The notes below the pieces were generated by a model. It worked only from the letters and a program-made list of their open reading frames with translations, was not told the DNA's origin and made no database searches. From positions 68,055 to 125,110 of the forward strand of contig JBEKGP010000001.1 in assembly GCA_050012735.1 (NCBI GenBank): 57,056 nt of DNA. Reading direction: 5' to 3'. A program made the position numbers and the translations under genes. The first letter of the stretch is position 1; every line of letters begins with the position of its first letter. Positions 36,686 to 46,191 of this stretch are shown piece after piece. This DNA is from Candidatus Dormibacteria bacterium (lineage in GTDB: Bacteria; Chloroflexota; Dormibacteria; Aeolococcales; Aeolococcaceae).

Positions 36686-37680
36686 GCGCCCCGGTCCTCA
36701 TCACCGGGGCCGGGGGATTCGTCGGGGGCGCGGTTCTCGAGCGACTGCTGCGGGCCGACCTCGAGGTGCGCGCCTTGGTGCGCACGCCCGAGACGGCCGA
36801 GCGGGTCCGGAGAGCCGGTGCCCAGCCCGTGACCGGGGATATCCTGGACGGCGAGGGCCTCGCCGGCGCGATGCGCGGCTGCGAGCTGGTCTTCCACGTG
36901 GCCGGCCTCAACAAGATGTGCCTGCCCGACCCCGCTCCGCTGACGCGCAACAACGTGGACGGATCGGTGAACGTGGTGCGGGCGGCCGCCCGGGCGGGGG
37001 TCCGTCGCATCGTCTACACGTCGTCAGCGGCCACGCTCGACAGCGAGCCACCGGCCGGCACCCCGGACGACCGGCCGCGCCGCTTTCTCTCCGGGTACGA
37101 GCGCTCCAAGTACGAGGCCGAGCGCCAGGTGATGGAGCTCGCACCCCGGCTCGGTGTCGAGCTGGTGTGCCTCAACCCTTCCTCGGTGCAGGGGCCGGGC
37201 CGCACCACGGGCACCGCGCGCTGGCTGATCAGCTACGCCAACGGCCGGCTGCACTGGCTCATCGATGCACCGGTCAGCCTGGTGGACATTGCCGACTGCG
37301 CGGAGGCGCACCTGCTCGCCGCCACCCGCGGCGAGCCGCTCCACCGCTACGTGATCAGCGGGTCCACCCAGCGCATCTCGGAGATGGTGCACACCCTGGG
37401 GACGGTCGCCGGTCACACCTATCCGATCCGATTCCTCCCGCCGGGCCCGGCGGTCGCCGCCGCCTCGATGGTGGGTGCCGGGTTCCGAGTGGCCGGGCGC
37501 CGTGCCCCGGTCTGCCGCGAAATGCTGCGGACCCTGGCCCATGGCCACGCCTACGACGGCGCCCCGGCCGCGCGGGACCTGGGCTTCACCTACACGCCGC
37601 TCCAGGAGACGCTGCGGCGAGCGCTCGCCTGGTACGTGGAACACGGCCTGGTGCGGCCCTCCCCGCCCGCCTCTGCCTGA
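36682..37680 (+). CDS. NAD-dependent epimerase/dehydratase-family SDR
   Basis: ORF 36286..37680 trimmed to GTG 36682, which overlaps the upstream stop (GTGA). VLITGAGGFVGGAV Rossmann motif and YERSKYEAE (YxxxK). Confidence 0.8.
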   Translation: MSAPVLITGAGGFVGGAVLERLLRADLEVRALVRTPETAERVRRAGAQPVTGDILDGEGLAGAMRGCELVFHVAGLNKMCLPDPAPLTRNNVDGSVNVVRAAARAGVRRIVYTSSAATLDSEPPAGTPDDRPRRFLSGYERSKYEAERQVMELAPRLGVELVCLNPSSVQGPGRTTGTARWLISYANGRLHWLIDAPVSLVDIADCAEAHLLAATRGEPLHRYVISGSTQRISEMVHTLGTVAGHTYPIRFLPPGPAVAAASMVGAGFRVAGRRAPVCREMLRTLAHGHAYDGAPAARDLGFTYTPLQETLRRALAWYVEHGLVRPSPPASA

Positions 37681-37773
37681 GCACCCCGGGAGGCGCCGCC
37701 CACCCAGCAGAGAGCTGCGCCCTGCTGGCAGCTGACCTCCCCCGCGCGCCGTCCGCGGGTCTATCGTCTTCAC

Positions 37774-38739
37774 GTGCAGACGGTGGCGTTGGGACGCGGC
37801 GGGCCCTCGGTGAGCCGGATCGGGCTCGGCATGGCCGCGCTGGGACGTCCCGCGTACATCACCACTGGCCGCGCCGCCGACTTCGGTGAGGATCGCTCGG
37901 AGGGAGCCTTTCGCCGCCGGAGCCGGGAGGTCCTGGACGCCGCCTACGCGGCGGGGATCCGCTACCTCGACTGTGCCCGTTCCTATGGCTCCGCCGAGGC
38001 TTTCGTGGCTGGCTGGCTGGCGCGGATCAGGCCCGACGATGTCGTGGTCGGTTCCAAGTGGGGCTACACGTATGTCGGCGGCTGGGACCCGGCGGCGGCG
38101 GTGCACGAGGTCAAGGACCACTCCCTGGCCACATTCGAGCGCCAGCACGCCGAGAGCATCGCCCTGCTGGGTGCCCACCTCCGTCTGTACCAGGTCCACT
38201 CGGCGACGCTCGAGTCCGGCGTGCTCGAGAACGGGCTTCTCCACGAGGCCCTGGCACGCCAGCGCGACCTCGGGCTCAGGCTTGGCATCACGACCTCCGG
38301 GCCCTCCCAGGCGGCCACCATCCGGCGCGCGCTGGAGATCCGCAGCGGGGGCGAGCCGCTCTTCGGCGCCGTGCAGGCCACCTGGAACCTGCTCGAGCCC
38401 TCGGTGGAGCCCGCGCTCGCCGAGGCCGCCCAGGCGGGGTGGGCGGTGATCGTCAAGGAGGCGGTCGCCAACGGGAGGTTGACCGACCGCGGAGATGCCG
38501 GAGCACCGGGGTCCGCGCTGGGAGATGCGGCGGCGGCGGCGGGGACCGGTTCCGACGCGGTCGCCATCGCGGCGGCGCTCGCCAGGCCGTGGGCCTCGGT
38601 GGTGCTGAGCGGTGCCGCAACCGTCGATCAGCTGGAGAGCAACCTCAGAGCCGATGGCCTGTCCGTCCCGCCCCTTCCCGACCTCGCGGAGCCACCCGCC
38701 GACTACTGGGGACGGAGGTCACGGCGCCCCTGGCTCTGA
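37774..38739 (+). CDS. Aldo/keto reductase
   Basis: 321-aa ORF (GTG). IGLGMAALG, LDCARSYG, GSKWGY, VHSATLE and VKEAVANGRL are AKR TIM-barrel patterns. Confidence 0.8.
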   Translation: MQTVALGRGGPSVSRIGLGMAALGRPAYITTGRAADFGEDRSEGAFRRRSREVLDAAYAAGIRYLDCARSYGSAEAFVAGWLARIRPDDVVVGSKWGYTYVGGWDPAAAVHEVKDHSLATFERQHAESIALLGAHLRLYQVHSATLESGVLENGLLHEALARQRDLGLRLGITTSGPSQAATIRRALEIRSGGEPLFGAVQATWNLLEPSVEPALAEAAQAGWAVIVKEAVANGRLTDRGDAGAPGSALGDAAAAAGTGSDAVAIAAALARPWASVVLSGAATVDQLESNLRADGLSVPPLPDLAEPPADYWGRRSRRPWL

Positions 38740-38773
38740 TGCGGGGTCGCCCTCACGCGGAGGGCCGGCCGGC

Positions 38774-40117
38774 TCAGCCGTCGCTGTCGGCGCGGCGCCG
38801 AATCACCATGTGGAGTCGGACCCCGGCAAAGCCAAAGACAGCGCGGATCCGGTTCTCCAGGTAGCGCTGGTACGAGAAGTGGAGCAGCTCGGGGTCGTTG
38901 ACGAAGAGGACGACGGTCGGGTTGGGAGAGCTCGCCTGGGCGGCGTAGAGGATCTTGACCCGGCGTCCACGGTGCATCGCCGGCGGCCGGCTCGACACCG
39001 CCTCCCGGAGCACCTGGTTGAGCGCGGCGGTCGGCATCCGGGTCGCCCGCGCGTCCGCCACCTGCAGGGCGGTGTCCAGAACCTTGGCCACATTGCGCCC
39101 GAGCAGGGCGCTCACCGTGAGCACCGGCGCGCCCGGGACGAAGTCGAAGGCGTCGGAGATCTTGGTCAGGGTCTCCGGGTCGATCCGGTCCTCCTGAGGC
39201 ACCAGGTCCCATTTGTTGGCGATGACCACAACGCCCTTGCCGGCATCGGCCGCGTACCCGGCGATGTGCCGATCCTGGGCCAGCACCCCCTCGGAGGTGT
39301 CGACCACCACCAGTGCCACGTCGCTGCGCTCCAGGGCCCGCATCGCCCGCAGCAGGCTGTAATGCTCGATGTCGGTGGTGACGACGCCCCGGCGGCGGAT
39401 GCCGGCGGTGTCGACCAGCCGGACCTGATGGCCCCGGTGCTCGAGCAGGGTGTCCACCGCGTCCCGTGTGGTTCCGGCCACAGATGACACCAACGACCGC
39501 TCCGCCCCCACCAGGTAGTTGAGCAGCGACGACTTGCCGACATTGGGACGGCCGATGATGGCGACCCGCAGCTCGTCGACCCTCTCCTGGGCCTCGCCCT
39601 CGGCCGGGGGCAGCCGGTCCACCACCTCGTCGAGCAGGTCACCGGTGTCGGTGCCGGTGAGCGCCGAGATCAGCCGCGGCTCACCGAGACCGAGGCGGTA
39701 CAGCTCATGGGCGTAGTAGGGGTCGGTGGGCGAGTCCGCCTTGTTGCCGGTGAGGATCACCGGCTTGCCTCCGGAGCGGAGGATCGCCGCGATGTCCTCG
39801 TCGAGACCGGTCACCCCGGCACGGACGTCGACCATCAGGATGCAGAGGTCGGCCTCCTCGATGGCCATCTTCGCCTGCTGCTGAGTGCCCCGGGTCAGCT
39901 CGGCGATGCCCGGGTCCTCGGAGATCAGGGCGGGGTCGAGGCCGGCCGTGTCCACCAGGGTGAAGCGGCGCCCGCGCCACTCGGCCACCCCGTACAGGCG
40001 GTCCCGGGTGAGGCCCGCGGTCTCGTCGACGATGGCGTGCCGCTGCCCGGTCAGACGGTTGAAGAGGGTCGACTTCCCGACGTTGGGCCGGCCGACGATG
40101 GTGACGATGCCGCTCAC
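38774..40117 (-). CDS. der: Ribosome-associated GTPase Der (EngA)
   Basis: ORF 38774..40708 trimmed to GTG 40117. Two tandem G domains (IVGRPNVGKSTLFN...DTAGL...NKAD and IIGRPNVGKSSLLN...DTAGI...NKWD) and a KH-like C-terminus. The long Arg/Pro-rich N-terminal extension overlaps the JAMM gene and is rejected. Confidence 0.9.
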   Translation of the reverse strand: MSGIVTIVGRPNVGKSTLFNRLTGQRHAIVDETAGLTRDRLYGVAEWRGRRFTLVDTAGLDPALISEDPGIAELTRGTQQQAKMAIEEADLCILMVDVRAGVTGLDEDIAAILRSGGKPVILTGNKADSPTDPYYAHELYRLGLGEPRLISALTGTDTGDLLDEVVDRLPPAEGEAQERVDELRVAIIGRPNVGKSSLLNYLVGAERSLVSSVAGTTRDAVDTLLEHRGHQVRLVDTAGIRRRGVVTTDIEHYSLLRAMRALERSDVALVVVDTSEGVLAQDRHIAGYAADAGKGVVVIANKWDLVPQEDRIDPETLTKISDAFDFVPGAPVLTVSALLGRNVAKVLDTALQVADARATRMPTAALNQVLREAVSSRPPAMHRGRRVKILYAAQASSPNPTVVLFVNDPELLHFSYQRYLENRIRAVFGFAGVRLHMVIRRRADSDG

Positions 40118-40185
40118 CGGCCCCAGCGCGGAGTCGTCATGGTACCGGCGGCTGCGGCGGTTGCGGACCGACCCCGCGGGCGGGC

Positions 40186-40686
40186 TCACGGTTGGCCGTC
40201 CTCCAGCTCCAGCGCGATCGGTTGCAGGCCGGCCGCCTGGTCGTCGCGGACGAAGGCGTTGAGGTCGCCGCTTCCGTCGGCCCCGGTGTTGACGATCAGG
40301 TAGGCGTAGTCCGCCCAGGAGCGGTCGGAGTCGAACTGCGACGGGCGCGCCGGATGGTCGGGGTGGCTGTGCCAGAAACCCACCGTGTCCAGCCCACGAA
40401 CCCGGGCGCTGTGGTCGGCGGCCTGGATGTCGGCGGGGTCCATGTCGTAGCGATCGGTCAATCTCTCGGTCCAGAGGTTGCGTGCGGAGGTGGCCTCCTG
40501 CACCAGGACGGCGTCCCCCTGGTGGCTGCCGATCAGGACTCCGCAGCCCTCGTGAGGATGGGCGGCTTCGGCGAGTCGCCGGATGGTCGCGTGGGCGGTG
40601 GCGGCGAGGCGCACGGCGAGGACGCCCCCGCGGCCGTCTCCCAGGCGCGGCGCGACGATCGAGAGTTGGGGGTCGGAACTGGGCAT
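40186..40686 (-). CDS. JAMM/MPN+ (Mov34) metalloprotease, Mec-like
   Basis: ORF 40186..40725, start at ATG 40686 (or 40695). Complete JAMM motif: HPHEGCGVL (Glu) and HSHPDHPARPSQFD (HxH-x7-S-x2-D). A minus-strand GATAAT (40694-40699) ends 7 nt before ATG 40686, which suggests a leaderless mRNA. Confidence 0.8.
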   Translation of the reverse strand: MPSSDPQLSIVAPRLGDGRGGVLAVRLAATAHATIRRLAEAAHPHEGCGVLIGSHQGDAVLVQEATSARNLWTERLTDRYDMDPADIQAADHSARVRGLDTVGFWHSHPDHPARPSQFDSDRSWADYAYLIVNTGADGSGDLNAFVRDDQAAGLQPIALELEDGQP

Positions 40687-40758
40687 CCAGGCCATTATCA
40701 CTGAGCACCGGCGACCCACCACCACCAGGGCCCCTTCCCGCCGGCCGGTGGCGACGGC

Positions 40759-40983
40759 TCAGTCGGCGGCTGCGGAGGCTCCCATCCGGAATCCGGCGTT
40801 GCCCTTGCGCGCGTCCGAGAAGAGGGCGATCACCCCGCTCGGGCGGAGGTGGATGGGGCCGTCGTCACCCGGAAGCTCGACGAAACCCGCCTCGCCAGGC
40901 TTGGCCTGGAGCGCGGCCAGGGTCTCTGCGATGGAGAGCCGCACCGCGGCGTCCGAGCCGTTGACGAACCGGATGATGGTCAT
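40759..40983 (-). CDS. 74-aa hypothetical protein (from memory it resembles actinobacterial DUF3107-type small proteins; unverified)
   Basis: ORF 40759..41085 trimmed to ATG 40983. SD GAGGAG lies 9 nt upstream and overlaps the stop of the PLP-enzyme gene. MTIIRFVNGSDAAVRLSIAETLAALQAKPGEAGFVELPGDDGPIHLRPSGVIALFSDARKGNAGFRMGASAAAD. Confidence 0.55.
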   Translation of the reverse strand: MTIIRFVNGSDAAVRLSIAETLAALQAKPGEAGFVELPGDDGPIHLRPSGVIALFSDARKGNAGFRMGASAAAD

Positions 40984-40996
40984 CTGGAAGAGCTCC

Positions 40997-42244
40997 TCAC
41001 TTGCCTGCCGGCCCCATGGTACCCGCCACCCCGTCCAGCGCCGCGCGCAGCTCAGCCATGAGGTCGTCGATCTCCTCAATGCCAACCGAGAAGCGCAACA
41101 GGCCGTCGCCGATGCCGAGAGACCGGCGCGCGGCCGGGCTCAGCCCTCGGTGCGAGCTGAGCGCTGGATGGCTGACCGTGGTGGCCACGTCACCGAGCGA
41201 GGGGGCGAGCCGGATCTCGGGGAGGGTCCGGAGCAGCAGATCGGCCTGCTCGCGCCCACCCAGGTCAAGGGCCAGCATCGACCCCCGCCCCTGCGGCAGA
41301 AGCCGTGCGGCAAGCGCCTCCTCCTCCGGGCTGCGCGATCCCGGGTAGTGGACGGCGGCGACCGCCGTGTGAGCGGTGGCGAGCTGGGCGAAGGCCGCGG
41401 CGCCGGCCGCTCCACGCTCGGCCCGGAGCCCGGCGGTGCGGAGGCCACGAAGGCTGAGGAAGGCGTCGAACGGAGCCATCACCGCGCCCAGGAATCGGGA
41501 ATGGGCGGCCAGCAGGCGGGCCGCCGGGTGACCCGCGCGGATCGCCACCGCTCCCCCCAGCACGTCCGCATGCCCGGAGAGCTGCTTGCTCAAGCTCTCG
41601 ACGACCAGGTCCGCGCCCAGTTCCAGGGGCCGGAGCAGGAAGGGGGTGGCGAAGGTGTTGTCGATGACGGTGGCGGCGCCGGCCGCACGGCAGAGCTCGA
41701 CCAGGGCGGGGAGGTCCAGCAGCCCCATGAGCGGGTTGCCGATGGTCTCCGCCACGACGCAGGCGACCTCCGACGTGAGCACCTTCTGGACCTGTTCGAG
41801 CTGGCGAGCCACGTCTCCCGGCGGCGGCAGGTCGACCATCACCGGCTCGATCCCGAGGGCGGCCAGCGGCCCCGCGAGCAGGCTCTCGCTGCCCCCGTAG
41901 CAGGGACGGAGGAGGACCACCCGGCGGCGTCCCGGCCCGACCAGGGTGCTGAGGGCGAGGAGCAGGGCGGCCTGGCCGCTGGAGGTGACCCGGCAGACCG
42001 GCGGCTCGGGGAGCCCATACCCCTCCAGGGCGGCGAGCGCCTCCTCGAGCCGGTGCACGCTCGGATTGCCGAAGCGACGGTAGCCCCCATGGCCGGCGGC
42101 CATCGCGGCGTCGAGATCGTCGAGGTCGGGAAAGGCGGCGACCGAGGCGAGCGAGGGAGGCTCAACGAGGGGGGCGCCGCCCGGGACCGGATCCGGTGTC
42201 CCGGCCCGGGCGGCGACCGTGAGCAGGCTCGGCGGACGCGTCAC
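40997..42244 (-). CDS. Cys/Met-metabolism PLP-dependent enzyme (cystathionine gamma-synthase / O-acylhomoserine sulfhydrylase family)
   Basis: 415-aa ORF. RFGNPSVHRLEEALAALEG, TSSGQAA, YGGS, ETIGNPL, IDNTFATP, LGADLVVESLSKQLSGHADVLGG (PLP Lys). Confidence 0.85.
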   Translation of the reverse strand: MTRPPSLLTVAARAGTPDPVPGGAPLVEPPSLASVAAFPDLDDLDAAMAAGHGGYRRFGNPSVHRLEEALAALEGYGLPEPPVCRVTSSGQAALLLALSTLVGPGRRRVVLLRPCYGGSESLLAGPLAALGIEPVMVDLPPPGDVARQLEQVQKVLTSEVACVVAETIGNPLMGLLDLPALVELCRAAGAATVIDNTFATPFLLRPLELGADLVVESLSKQLSGHADVLGGAVAIRAGHPAARLLAAHSRFLGAVMAPFDAFLSLRGLRTAGLRAERGAAGAAAFAQLATAHTAVAAVHYPGSRSPEEEALAARLLPQGRGSMLALDLGGREQADLLLRTLPEIRLAPSLGDVATTVSHPALSSHRGLSPAARRSLGIGDGLLRFSVGIEEIDDLMAELRAALDGVAGTMGPAGK

Positions 42245-42286
42245 CGCGTTACCGCCGTCCGCCCCGGCCGCACGCCGGGCTCGGCA

Positions 42287-43612
<1,326 letters not shown>

Positions 43613-43708
43613 TCAGAGGCGGAGGTCACCGGCAGGGGGAGACGATGGGCGGTCCACCACCCGGCGGGCGCACCCTCACCGGGACGGCGGCTCCCGCGGA
43701 GGCGTTGC

Positions 43709-45115
43709 TCAGGACTGCGCGCTCGGCCTCCGCGGCAGGCTGACCGCCAGCTCGTCCCAGAGCCGGGTCAGCACCCGGATGCCGGACTGGAACTGTCCGA
43801 TGTCGAACTTCTCGTTGGGCGCGTGGATGCGATCGTCGGGAAGGCCGAAGCCGACCAACACGGAGGGCAGGCCGAGCAACCGGTCAAACATCTCGACCGG
43901 GTGGATGGAGCCCCCGGACCGGGTGCAGTACGCGTCGGCGTCGAACACGTCCCTCAGGGCGCGGGATGCCGCCAGCACTCCGGGGTGGTCCACTGGGGTC
44001 AGCACGGGTCGGTTGCCGCCCCCCGGCGTCACCGTCACCCGCACGGCGTCGGGAGCCGCCGCCTCGATCGCCGCCCGTACCCGGTCGGCGATGACCTCCG
44101 GCTGCTGGCGTGGCACCAGGCGGCAGGTGATCTTGGCCCCGGCGCGGGCGGGGATGATGGTCTTCGGGCCGGGCCCCTGGTAGCCACCCCAGACCCCGTT
44201 GATCTCCAGGGTGGGCCGCACCGTCAGGCGCTCGGTGGTGGTGTAGCCGTTCTCGCCGAAGGTGACGGGAACGCCGCCGGCCAGCTCTCGGAACGCGGCC
44301 TCGTCGAAGGGCGCGGCCGCGACCTGTTCGCGCTCCCCTGGGGTCAGCTCCGTCACCTCGTCGTAGAAGCCCGGAACGGTCACCCGTCCGGTCCGCGGAT
44401 CGCGCAGGGAGGCGAGGATGCGGGCGAGCGCCTCGAGTGGATTGAGGACCGCGCCTCCGAACTCACCGGAATGGAGATCCAGGGCAGGCCCGGTGACCTC
44501 GACCTCGAGGTCGACCAGCCCACGCAGCCCGACGCAGATCGAGGGCTGGCCGCGGTGGTGCATCGCCGTGTCGGAGACGACGCAGAGGTCGGCGCGCAAC
44601 CGGGTGGCCTCCGCCTCGACGAGTTGCTCGAAGTGGGCCGAGCCGATCTCCTCCTCCCCCTCCACGACCAGCTTGAGGTTGAGGGGCAGCTCGCCGCGCG
44701 TGCGCAGATGGGCTTCGACCGCCTTGAGGTGCATCCACACCTGGCCTTTGTCGTCGACGGCGCCGCGGCAGCGGAGCTCCCCGCCGACGATCCGCGGTTC
44801 GAAGGGCGGCGACGTCCACTCCTTCAGGGGATCGGCGGGCTGGACGTCGTGATGCCCGTAGATCAGGACGGTGGGCAGCCCCGGGTCCACCAACCTCTCC
44901 GCGTAGACGGCGGGGTGCCCGGGCGTCTCGATCAGCTCCGCGGTGGCGAAGCCCGCATCCCGGGCCGCCTGGGCGAGCCGTTCGGCGCTGCGCCGGACGT
45001 CGCCGGCATGGGCGGGGTCGGCCGAGATCGAGGGGATACGGCAGAATTCGACCAATTCATCGAAGAAGCGTGACTGGTGGGCGGCGCAGTAGGCATCGAG
45101 GTCCTGAGCGTTCAT
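43709..45115 (-). CDS. M20-family metallopeptidase (dipeptidase-like)
   Basis: ORF 43709..45163 trimmed to ATG 45115 (MNAQDLDAY). LIYGHHDVQPADP, RGAVDDKGQV, EGEEEIGS, HAPNEKF. Confidence 0.85.
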   Translation of the reverse strand: MNAQDLDAYCAAHQSRFFDELVEFCRIPSISADPAHAGDVRRSAERLAQAARDAGFATAELIETPGHPAVYAERLVDPGLPTVLIYGHHDVQPADPLKEWTSPPFEPRIVGGELRCRGAVDDKGQVWMHLKAVEAHLRTRGELPLNLKLVVEGEEEIGSAHFEQLVEAEATRLRADLCVVSDTAMHHRGQPSICVGLRGLVDLEVEVTGPALDLHSGEFGGAVLNPLEALARILASLRDPRTGRVTVPGFYDEVTELTPGEREQVAAAPFDEAAFRELAGGVPVTFGENGYTTTERLTVRPTLEINGVWGGYQGPGPKTIIPARAGAKITCRLVPRQQPEVIADRVRAAIEAAAPDAVRVTVTPGGGNRPVLTPVDHPGVLAASRALRDVFDADAYCTRSGGSIHPVEMFDRLLGLPSVLVGFGLPDDRIHAPNEKFDIGQFQSGIRVLTRLWDELAVSLPRRPSAQS

Positions 45116-45239
45116 GGCCGTGGAGCGTAGCGCGCGGGAGCGTCTCCCCTCTTCGGCGAGCACAGGTGCCCTCGGTGGTGTAGCCTCTGCGCCGTCTGTC
45201 CCTCACCCCCACTCAACGTCGCAGCAGGAGGTTCGACTC

Positions 45240-45878
45240 ATGGCGGTTCAGGCACATGCCCCCGCGTCCGAGGGCCTACGCCCGCAGGGGCCGGCCCTGA
45301 AGGAAAGCCCGCTCCGGGCTTTCAGCGCCGCTCCTCCAGCGCCGCCCGCCGTGGACGGCCCCGTTGTCGAGTTGATCGGCCACCCGACCACCCCGCCGCG
45401 GGTCGACTCGCGGACTGCAATTGAGGCCGCTGTCGACCAGGCGGTCCTCCCCCACCAGCTCCACGAGATCGACCAGGTCATCGAGCTGGCTCAGCTCGGC
45501 GAGCTGCTCGTCGAGAAGGACGCCCGGGTTGCCCTGCTGGAGCGGGGCCTGGCCGACTGGCGCGAGCGTGCCCGCCTCGAGATCGAGGCCCGTGCCGCCG
45601 CCGAACGGCTCGCCTTCGAGCGCGAGCGCGACCTGGTCGGGGTCATCCATCAACAGATCTCCGCCATCGAGAGCGCCGAGGAGAGCACGCGGGAGGCCTT
45701 CGCACAGGCCGACGCGCTGCGCGCCCGGCTCGACGAGCAGATGACCCTGGCCGAGGACGCCGAGCAGAACACCCAATCGGCGCTCGCCCGCATGCACGAG
45801 CTGCAGGCGAGGATCGACGAGCTCGAGGACCGGCTGCGCCAGCGGGCGCGCCACTGGTGGACCCGCCGGGCCGTCTGA
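45240..45878 (+). CDS. Coiled-coil protein, unknown function
   Basis: ORF 45114..45878 trimmed to ATG 45240 behind GCAGGAGG. The C-terminal ~130 aa is heptad-like and Glu/Arg/Ala/Leu-rich (LADWRERARLEIEARAAAERLAFERERD...MHELQARIDELEDRLRQ). Confidence 0.5.
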   Translation: MAVQAHAPASEGLRPQGPALKESPLRAFSAAPPAPPAVDGPVVELIGHPTTPPRVDSRTAIEAAVDQAVLPHQLHEIDQVIELAQLGELLVEKDARVALLERGLADWRERARLEIEARAAAERLAFERERDLVGVIHQQISAIESAEESTREAFAQADALRARLDEQMTLAEDAEQNTQSALARMHELQARIDELEDRLRQRARHWWTRRAV

Positions 45879-46191
45879 GGCGCCCGGAGCGCAGTCACCG
45901 GACCGGTGCTGCGCGCCGGATCAGCTGAACGCCAGGGCGGCGTGGACCTCGATGGCGGCTGGCTGCTGACGTGCGAGACGACCGCGACCTTCGGTGGTTC
46001 TCGGACGCCGGCCAATCCCGGGAACCACCATTGCGTTGCATGGCGTGGTTCCAGCGTTGCGAAAGGATGGCGGCGGCGTGACAAGCCGCGAGACAGGACG
46101 GACCGCGTTCCCGGTCGGGCGTGAACATGGTCGCCAACAGCCGGACGGCAGGCGACCGGACAGCCCCGCCTCGGCCGCCAGGAGATCCCCC

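Noticed and set aside
40118-40708. N-terminal 197-aa extension of the Der ORF (the 644-aa version)
   Set aside because: The extension is Arg/Pro-rich low complexity and overlaps the JAMM protease gene in another frame. Der homology starts at VSGIVTIVGRPNVGKST, so GTG 40117 was chosen.
40759-40983. Calling the 74-aa protein a ThiS/MoaD/CysO sulfur carrier
   Set aside because: It lacks the C-terminal Gly-Gly (it ends GFRMGASAAAD), and no adenylyltransferase gene is nearby. I kept it only as a hypothesis in the findings, not as an annotation.
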